DNA from: Lentimonas sp.
GTDB lineage: Bacteria; Pseudomonadota; Alphaproteobacteria; Rickettsiales; UBA1997
Length of the DNA stretch: 62,983 nt
Assembly (NCBI GenBank): GCA_047628655.1
Contig: JBLHVR010000001.1
Coordinates: 1-62,983 of the forward strand
Direction of reading: 5' to 3'
The position numbers and the translations under genes are program-made. Positions 48,008 to 57,500 of the stretch are shown here, one piece after another. Under the pieces are notes generated by a model. The model searched no databases. It worked only from the letters and a program-made list of their open reading frames with translations, and was not told the DNA's origin. Position 1 is the stretch's first letter. Every line of letters starts with the position of its first letter.

Positions 48008-51000
48008 TTAGAATTTTCCAACCATATTAAAGAAGAATCCTTGGCTACGATAGCTAAGGTCGGTTAAATCGTCTGAGAAATCGGTGAAATTATAGCCGGC
48101 ACCAATTTTGGCATTGTCACCAACATGACGATAAAGGGCAATAAGCGCTCCAGATTTAGCATCTTCTGCTTCTGTTGCTTCCAAATATCTGCCTTCAACT
48201 GAAAGATCCCACTTTTTAACAATATGCAAGTCTGACCTTACAATAACCAAATAGGCCGTGCTTGTGAACCATTCATTATTTTTGTTGGAAGTTGAGCGAA
48301 TTTCACCGCGTCTTAGACCTAATTTTCCACCAATTGAAAGCTGTGGCATAACATCAAAAATTGCATCTCCTGCAAATACATGACTTCTTTGCTCAAAGTC
48401 ATTGGCAGCATTAACTGCGTTTGCCGCCAATTGTCCGGCGCTGGCAAGATCGCTTAAATAGGTGTAGCGAATTAAAGCATTAACTTTGTCATTTTCAACT
48501 GGTCTGTATGCAAAAGCGTTAGAATATTCAATGTAATTGGCTTCCAAATTACTGCCCAATTCAGATTTGCTGATGGCAAAATTTGCTTCACCCAAAAAGC
48601 GCCAATCTGGAGTAGTTTGGTAGCTAAGATTATTTTTTAGTAAATAACTGTTTAAATCTCCGAGAATATTTCCCGATTCATGGCGCCATTCGGCAATGGT
48701 AGAATATTTAACTTTGTCTTTGGAATAATTAGTATTAACCGACAAAGTGCGCCTTTCAATATCTCCCGATGCTTCGTCTGAAACAATTCCTGCTTCAAAT
48801 TTTCCGCCAAAAGTCCATTTGTCGCTTGCGGCCAAATCTAGCCCAAAAGCACTTAACAAGCTGGAGGAATTGCCGGCAAATTTTTGGCTTTTTTGCTCGG
48901 TATACATTGAAAGAGAATCGGAATATCTAGATTTGGCACCAGAAACAAAAGAACTGCTGCGGCTGCGCTGGCCTAAATCGGTTCTTTGAGCATCCATTTG
49001 GTAAGTGGTGTAATAAGAAGTGCGGTCTGTGGCGCGATATTCAAGACCTAATTTGCTACCAAAACCACCATTTCCTACACTTCCCTCGCCATTTACAGTT
49101 ACTTTTTTATTTACATCATATTTTCCACCAAGACCAACACGATTATTTTTATCTCGTCCTTCGTCTCTTTTAATTGTGGCTTGAGCTGTGGCATAAATTT
49201 CGTAATTTTTTTTAACTCCACTTTCAGAAATTGGGGCATAATTTAATTTAGTGGCAAAGTCGATTCTGCGTCCATCTTCAGCAAGAATATTACTATTATT
49301 AACATTTTCGGTGCTTATTTTTAATTTCCTTAAATCATTTTTAACACCAACTGAAAAAATGCTGGAAGAATTAATTTGATAATTGGCAATTGCTTCATTG
49401 GTTTGAATATCTCCTGTTTCCTGAGCTTGCTTGAAATCAGATTTTATCTGAATTCCTAATTTGGAAGTTACAGGGAAAGTGCCATCAAAACCGAAAATTC
49501 TTACATCTTCATTGGTCATTTTTCCTGGAGCAGAATAACCCTCTTCTAAAGTTTCAAAATAAGCATTTAATTTACCAAAATATTTCTTATCGGTAATTTC
49601 TTCAAAAGCCAATGAAAGATCGGAGCGAAAAGCATTGGCTTTGGCATTTTTAACAACATTACGATCGAAACTAAATCCGCCATCAAGTGACGAAACAGAA
49701 CCACCTCCAGAGCCTTTAGATTGAGCACTTTCAAACTTCACATAAGTTTGTGGTTTATATCTTAAGGTTAAATCTCCGCCCTTTAAATCTTGATTAATTG
49801 AATCTCCGCCTTGATTGTAGGCAGTTGCCCCTATTTTAACATGGTCATTTACCCAAACTCCAACTTTTCCACCTTTGGTTAAATTGTCAATATCGGCCGC
49901 TGATGAAGTATATTCGTAATCGGCAACTAAGAAAACTGGATTTCCGCCAGAAGCACCATTACTAACCAAAGTTTCGGCATTGGAAGTAGAAGAAAGTGGC
50001 TGATTAAGCACAAGACGGCCTTGAATGTAGTTAATGTCGTAATCTGTTCCGTAAGTTAAATATTTGCTGGAAAGCACAATTCCAGAATCACGATCACGAA
50101 CTTCAACTCTTAGTCTTTCTGAGCCTGTAACAATATCTTGAACTCGTAAATAATAAAGAGAACCGCCTGTTGCGCGTAATTCTTCATAAGAAGCCAAAGA
50201 ACCTGGGTCGGCAGCAAAACCATCAAACTCAACTTTTGACTCACCAAACGAAGTGGTTTTAACACTGCGATGTTTAGCGTTAGCACCATAAAGACCGCGG
50301 CTGTAATTAATTAATTCACTGCCAGAAAGCTGGGTTTTGAAATTACCCCACATTAGACTGGTATCTCCCTTTTCCATTTTAACATAAAATTTACCCTTAG
50401 TTGGAGCATCTTCAATGGCCGTGGAATCATCACCATAAACTGGGTAATAGGAATTCGGGTCTAATCTTTCTAGTAAATAGCGTGGATCTTTGGAGGTAAA
50501 ATTGGAGAATAAATCTTCAATTGGTTGCTCCTGAGTGTCGGCGCTGGAAGTTAAAATCCAGTCATCTTGAAGTTTTCCTTTTAAGTAAAAAGCAAATCTT
50601 CCATCAAAATAAGTGCTGCCTTTATATTTTCTGGAATAATCTTGAGTAACTGTTGAAGCTGGACCTGAAACATTGTTTTGTCCAATTGTTAAATCGGCCA
50701 ATGCCACATAGAAAAGGTCGTTTTTTGGAATAGTTAATAATCTGGTTAAATCAGAAATTTCGCCTTTTTCATCTTTAATTTCAACATCCACGATATGATC
50801 TCCCGATGGCACAATTTGCTTATCTGCAAATCTACCATTATCGGCTAAAGGAATATTACGACCAGAAACTGATATTGTGCTATTTTTAGCAACAGAATCA
50901 CCATTGGTGGTAATAGTTCCACCCTTCAAAGGAATATTCTGAATTGCCAGATGACTTTCACCATAACCGATATTTTGCTCGCGTTTTAGACTTTCCTCAT

Positions 51001-51526
51001 TGCCAATTAATCTTTCTGAATCGAGTAACTTTAGAAATTTTGGCGCAGTTTCATCGAATTGCCCTTTGCCATTATAAACCCTTAAAACATACTGAATTTC
51101 ATCATCAAGCAATTGCTGTGGAATTTCCAAATCAACGCTTTGATTTAAATTAGGTTTAATTGTAATGGTTTTAAAAGGTGTTGTTTGAGTTGATTTATCG
51201 ATTTTGAAAAGCCTAATTTCAGCCTTTTTAATGAAAGCTAAATAGTTCGAATAAGGCGTAAATGAAACTTTTTCTCCGCGAGCAACGCCATTTGGATAAG
51301 CCGTAATATTAAGTTTTGGATCAAGTTCTAAAGAATCAAAACGAATTTGAACATTAGATTTCTTAAGCTTTAAATCGTTGCAAGCCTGTTTAGAGCCATC
51401 TTCGTCATTAATTGTAACGCTAAAAGGAGAGTCTTTTTCTTTTTTAGTACGACAATCTAAATCTGATGATAAAGCCTGACTTGAATAAATGGTTAAAGCG
51501 GATAATAAGATAATTAGTTTTTTCAT
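48008..51526 (-). CDS. Large (1,172 aa) predicted outer-membrane beta-barrel protein with a ~400-500-aa N-terminal soluble region
   Basis: Signal peptide MKKLIILLSALTIYSSQALS. The C-terminal half shows alternating hydrophobic/polar strands rich in G, Y, S and N, ending ...GFFFNMVGKF (terminal aromatic beta-signal). The ATG overlaps the upstream stop (ATGA), with AGGAGG 7 nt upstream. Confidence 0.7.
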   Translation of the reverse strand: MKKLIILLSALTIYSSQALSSDLDCRTKKEKDSPFSVTINDEDGSKQACNDLKLKKSNVQIRFDSLELDPKLNITAYPNGVARGEKVSFTPYSNYLAFIKKAEIRLFKIDKSTQTTPFKTITIKPNLNQSVDLEIPQQLLDDEIQYVLRVYNGKGQFDETAPKFLKLLDSERLIGNEESLKREQNIGYGESHLAIQNIPLKGGTITTNGDSVAKNSTISVSGRNIPLADNGRFADKQIVPSGDHIVDVEIKDEKGEISDLTRLLTIPKNDLFYVALADLTIGQNNVSGPASTVTQDYSRKYKGSTYFDGRFAFYLKGKLQDDWILTSSADTQEQPIEDLFSNFTSKDPRYLLERLDPNSYYPVYGDDSTAIEDAPTKGKFYVKMEKGDTSLMWGNFKTQLSGSELINYSRGLYGANAKHRSVKTTSFGESKVEFDGFAADPGSLASYEELRATGGSLYYLRVQDIVTGSERLRVEVRDRDSGIVLSSKYLTYGTDYDINYIQGRLVLNQPLSSTSNAETLVSNGASGGNPVFLVADYEYTSSAADIDNLTKGGKVGVWVNDHVKIGATAYNQGGDSINQDLKGGDLTLRYKPQTYVKFESAQSKGSGGGSVSSLDGGFSFDRNVVKNAKANAFRSDLSLAFEEITDKKYFGKLNAYFETLEEGYSAPGKMTNEDVRIFGFDGTFPVTSKLGIQIKSDFKQAQETGDIQTNEAIANYQINSSSIFSVGVKNDLRKLKISTENVNNSNILAEDGRRIDFATKLNYAPISESGVKKNYEIYATAQATIKRDEGRDKNNRVGLGGKYDVNKKVTVNGEGSVGNGGFGSKLGLEYRATDRTSYYTTYQMDAQRTDLGQRSRSSSFVSGAKSRYSDSLSMYTEQKSQKFAGNSSSLLSAFGLDLAASDKWTFGGKFEAGIVSDEASGDIERRTLSVNTNYSKDKVKYSTIAEWRHESGNILGDLNSYLLKNNLSYQTTPDWRFLGEANFAISKSELGSNLEANYIEYSNAFAYRPVENDKVNALIRYTYLSDLASAGQLAANAVNAANDFEQRSHVFAGDAIFDVMPQLSIGGKLGLRRGEIRSTSNKNNEWFTSTAYLVIVRSDLHIVKKWDLSVEGRYLEATEAEDAKSGALIALYRHVGDNAKIGAGYNFTDFSDDLTDLSYRSQGFFFNMVGKF

Positions 51527-54500
51527 CTCGCATCCTCCTTTTTAATTAACTTCTTTTTGACTTTTGTGTTCTCACAACAATCTTTAATTGAGTCTTTAAT
51601 CTTTCCAGAAGTTTCTTTTAGGCGCTGTTTAGAAAGTTTCTTATCTTCAGATTTTTCTTTTTGATAGTTAATTTTAACCAAAGTTACTCCCTCTTTAATT
51701 TTTTCATGAATTGTTGCCAAAGCCTTAGCCCATTCTTTTTTCAAACTAACAGAACCTTTCTCAAAAGCTTCGTCTTTTAAATCAAGCTGCAGAGTTTTAC
51801 TTAGAGAGGCACCAAAATTTAGCTTGGTCATTTTACCGCGAGTTAAGCGCACAACTCTTGGATTTTCGGAACTTACTTTATATCCACTTGGAAGAGTTCT
51901 GGTGTCTAATTTCATGATGAAATTACTGCCGCGATCAGCATCTGGAATTTGAGCGCAAGCAACATGGAAGCGGCCATAATCATCAGTTGTAACCAACAAA
52001 CCATTAACCGTTACAACTCTAACATTAGGAATTCCAACTTCTCCCTCATCGTGATATCCACTATTATTGGTGTCGTCAAAGACTTTGCCGATAATTTCTG
52101 AACAATCAAAAATCGGATCAGGAACCACATTTACCGTGGCAATTCCAACATTGGAAATTGTATTTGAGCCGGTGCTATCAAGAATATAAGCCCTATTATC
52201 ATATTTCCCAGTTTGAACACCAGTACCGACAACAAGGAGCATATTAACTTCAATTATGGACTTTGCAGCCAAGTTGTTTCCTGTCCAAGTTAGCACGCGT
52301 CCATTTTTAATGGGTTCTTTACTAATGCCATCAATTGACGCACTTCCTTCAACATATTTGAAACCTGGAGGCATGGTATCGACAATCATGCTGTTGTTAA
52401 AGACTATATTAGTAGTGTTTTCAACCTTAATTTTATAAGGAACTAAACTACCGACACTAACATTTATCAAAGGCGATGTTTTGGTCACAACTACGCTATT
52501 TGAGGTGGCCGGATCAAGTGGAATATGGTTGTTGAAAATTTCTGCTGAAGTTGCAAGGGTAATATCAAAAGTCTTAAAATATTGAGTTGTGTCCTGATTC
52601 GTTCCAATTAAAGAGTCCGTATTGCCAATACATGAATCTTCATCATGTGGAGTAATGCCAACTACGGGAGCAGAGCTGCTACTCTGAATATTAGCTGGAT
52701 TTATAATTGTTCCAGCAATAATTTTATTAGTACAAACGGGAATAGAAGTTGAAGGAGCATTGTTATATCCAGAAGGGTAAGTGGTGATGGTTAAAGTATA
52801 ATCACCATTTGGAGCGCTTGGATTTAACAAGAATTGATAAAACCCACTAGAACCAGTAGTAAAAGCTGAACTTCCACTAACTAAATCATCTGCTGGAGTA
52901 AATGTTCCGGTTCCGCTGTAAGAAATAGTAATTACAGCATTTTCAATTGGATCTCTAGTAGTTGAATCATAAACCACACCTGAAGGATCAAGAGGAAGAC
53001 TTTGATGAGTGATATTATCACCAGCAGAAAGCTGCATATTTTCTAAAATATGATTCTTCACATCAGCTCCTGAAGGGTTGTCAGTTGTAATTGTTCCACC
53101 CCCATTAATATCAACACCATTCTCATTAGTTACAGCTCCACCAAAAATCATATTGGTATTTGGTTGGCGGAATTGAATGTTGTAACCAGCTCCTGGAGCA
53201 ATTCCACTTAAGGTGTAAGTTCCATCAGAAGCTGTTGTGGCAGTTTGAACCACACTTCCATTTAATATCAACTCAACTTTCCAACCAGATAAATCTCTCT
53301 CACCAACTCCAAAAATTTGATCTTGATTATCGTCAAGCCAAACTCTTCCACTAACAGTTGCGGTTGATGAAATTCCAACTGAGTCAGAAGCACTATTATT
53401 CCCTTGGAATCCTTTGGTTTCATTGCCACCAGAAACAGTAACATTATTTATCAAAACTTGACCCAAAGTTCCATTAGCCACAGTAACTCTAAGTTTGATA
53501 GCCTTAGCGGTTACTCCGCCATTTACTACGCTATTAGTAGTACAAGTTAAAGTACTGGTTCCAGCCGCTCCACTACAACTCCAACCATCAGCAGAAACAA
53601 CTTCAGCAATAGTAATTCCAGCCGGCAAAGTATCTACAACAGTAATTGCACCAGAAGTTGCGACCGATCCAATATTATCAACAACAATTGTGAAGACTCC
53701 CGTACTAGAATATTCCCCAAAGCTTGAAGGGTTATGGCTTTTGGCGATAGTCAAATCCACCGTATTATCTGGAACTTCAGCAAAATTATATCCACCAGAA
53801 ACAGTATCAGAATTAGCAATATCAATGCTGGCAATTCGACTGCTAGTAGTAGTTGGACTAGATGCGGTTCCGCTAGAACCAACTGTAGTAGTTCCGTTTG
53901 TGGTTCCTGTTGGCTGAGATAATTGATCAATTGTGTAAGTTCCAGCTGGAAGTCCAGTAAAGCTGAAAATTCCACTACTGTTAGTAGTCACGCTTTGACT
54001 AACAACAGAATTACCATTAGAATCAGTTCCGGTTAGCTTTAAAGTAATGTTATTTAAGCCATAATCACTGTTATTTTCTAATCCATCATTGTCATAATCT
54101 AGAAATATTGAACCGGAGATAGTTTTGCTATTAGGAATTTCAGCAAAATTATTACCGCTAGTTGTAACATTTGGTGGTAAAATTATTGAACTAATCTTAC
54201 TTGGAGTAACCAGAACTCCTGTTGCAGTTCCCGAAGTTCCTCCATTTAGAACCGTTCCGGCAACAGTTAAACCATTATTACTATTTGCTGGCTGAGTTGG
54301 TTGTAAAATTGAGTAAGTTCCAGGTTCAATATCTGCAAAGCTGTAATTACCATCCGAATCCGTCTCTTTGTCGTCAATGAAATCATCAGAGCTGTTTAGA
54401 AGCTGAATTGTAACTCCTGAAATTCGATCATCAGCACCATTTTGAACTCCGTTATTATTCTCATCTAAAAAGACCGTTCCTGAAATTGTACTTGGCACAA

Positions 54501-57500
54501 CTTCGGCAAAATTATTATCAACAGAACCACTAATTTCACTTGCTACACCGTCACCTTTTAAATCAATTCCCGTAATTTGACTGGTCGTACTAGTTGGATT
54601 TAGAGCACCTCCAGGGTCTCCAGTACTACCATTAGAGCTTACAATTGCGCCCTTGCTTGTAATACCATTAATAGTTCCGGTTGGTTGTGCATTTTGACAT
54701 ACTGAATAGATTCCAGCACTTAAATTAAAGAATAAGTAATTTCCTCCAACATCTGTGACTTTAGTATCAAGTAAACTTCCTGCGCAGGTTGCCCCACTTC
54801 TAAGTTCAATAGAAACACTAGAAATTATTTCATCAGTTCCAAAATCAAAAGTGCCATTAGGAGAGGTGTCATTATCTTTGAAAACTTTTCCTGAAATAAA
54901 TCCGGCAGTTGAAACATCCAAAGTAGCATTAGTTGGCTGTTGGTTGTTACCGGCAGTTGTTTTCAGTGCGGCGGCTGGAATGTTATTAATGTAAGTTCCA
55001 ACCGTCGTAGCTGTTACATTTACACTAATTTGACAACCGCCAGATGGAATTGAAAGGCCACTGGATACAGTTACTTTATCGCCACTTGCCGTCACTGTTC
55101 CGATGCAAGTTCCTTGATCCAAAGCCGGAGTTCCATGAATGACAAGATTTCCAGGAGAAGTTGGCAATGAATCAACTAAATCAGAGGTCAAAGTAATTGC
55201 CGCACTATTATCATTGGATAATGATATTGTTAATTTTGAAACCCCTCCAGCTGACATTACAGCAGGAGAAAATTCTTTACTAATTACTGGTGGGTTAGAA
55301 ATAATGATTTGAGCACTAGTTGGCTCTTCATTAGTTACGCCTTCAAAAGATGTTACATTTCCAGCTGGAATTGAATCGGTATGAGTTCCAAAAATATTAC
55401 TTACAACGTCAACCGTAATTGTGCAGGTGCTGATTCCTGAAACCGTGGCTCCAGTTAAAGCAATACTAGTTCCTGAAGCAGGAGCACTTACTGATCCACC
55501 AGTACAAGTAGTTGAAGCATTTGGTGTTTGAGAAATTGCCAGATTTGCCGGCAAAGCATTAGTTAAAGCAACATTAGTTAATTCGCTAGAGTTGGGGTTA
55601 GTAATTGCAATAGTCATGGTTTTTGGTGTGCCAGCAGTACTAGTTGCATCTCCAGTAGTGAAAGTTACCGGATTTCCCAGATCTAAAGTTTTAGAATCAA
55701 TCGCTAAATGAATTTCTAGAGGAGATTTAACTCGCAAAATATCAGTTGCAGGTTCTGCATTGTTACCTTCCTGACCTCCAAGAGTGGCAACCAGAGCCTC
55801 AGCAGGAATGGTATTGGGATAATCTCCTTGCACGGCAGCAGTTACATCAGCCTCAAAAGAACATCTTGTGGGACTAGATCCTGAAGCAGCAGGAATAGTG
55901 GCTCCAGAAATTGTAACTGAAGTTGAAGTACTGCTAATAGTAGCACCAGAGCATGTTGTGGTTATATTAGGGTTCTCCGCAAGCGTAAGTCCACCTTCTA
56001 AAGTATCAGTTACTGAGGCGTTAGAAGCCGGATTAACTGTTGGGTTAACTAAGGTTACCTTCAATCTCGATCTTTCACCTGGTTTAATATTGTTCGGCGT
56101 AAAGTTTTTAGTAATACCAATACTAGTCTGCGTATTAAGATTACCTTGTGCAAGAGATGCATTGCTTAACCCTTGATCACTGCTAATTGCACCGACTGGA
56201 ATTGTATTAGTGATACCTACTGGCTGAATTGAAATTATATTGGCACTAAAAGTACAGCTTGATGTAAAGGCCGGCACAATTGTGCTGGCTGGCAAGGTAA
56301 TTCCAGAAACACTAAGTGAGGTGCCGTTACTAGTTGCAACAACTGTTCCACCGCTACAAGTGGTTGATTTCTGTGGATTTGGGGCAATTCTCATGCCATT
56401 TAAAGCGCCGCCACTAGTTCCATCAACAGTGAAATAGTCAGTCACACTTAAATTAGTTAAAGCTGTTGAACCAGCGGTAATTTCAACGACTAACTTACTA
56501 ACTTGTCCTGGAAAAGTAATTATGCTTGGTTGAGCTGTCTTAGAAAGACTAACTCCAACGCCAGCACTAAACTTTAATGGTCCAACTATGGGGCTTTGAT
56601 TAGAAATATTGCCATCAGCAGTTATATTTCCAACCGGAATAGTATTTACCCAGTCTGAATTACCAGTGGCATTCACATTAAATAAAACATCGCAAGTTGC
56701 ATTTCCACCAATTGTAATTCCACTAACAGTTATGCTCGAATTTCCAGCCACTCCGCTAAAAGATGGAACTCCACCACAAGTTGTGCTGGCACTAAATGGA
56801 TTTGCCAAAACCATGCCGGTAGGCAATGGATCGGTTAAGGAAAGATTAGTAATTCCAACATTCCCACTATTACTCAACCTAATTCTGACTGTTGAATTTC
56901 CTCCCGAACTAACTGTATCTGGCTCAAAAGTTTTGCTTGCTTCAATAGTTGAGCTAAAGGCTATATTAGCAGTGTTAGAAATTGCTCCGGTAGAAGCTGA
57001 AGTGCTATCAGCTCTATTGTGAGTAGCATCAGCAACAGCAAAATTATTATAAATTCCAGCTGCCGCAACAACATCAACTTCCAATTTGCAAGTTCCCTTA
57101 CTTCCAAAACCACTATCCAATCTTTCTGGAATAGTAGCGCTATTCATAGTAATTGAATTAGAATCAGCCGTTGCAGTAATTGACGCTCCAACACAAGTGC
57201 TAGAAGCGTTAGCTGGAGATGAAATTTTCATTTGCCCACCACCACTTACTGCACTAGGTAGACTGTCACTAATTGAGGCATTAGTTAAAGCATTAGCCGA
57301 TGCATTGGAAAGTTCCATAGTCATTCGGGTCACAACTCCTTCGTTTAAAGGTCCTGCTGGGTCGAAACTTTTAGTAATAGTTAATATATCGCCATCAACT
57401 GTGGTATCGGTTGTATTGGAAGCACCACCATTACAAATATCTACTCCGCCAGAATTGTAACAAACTGAACCCGCTCCTAATGTATTGGTGATAGAATCGC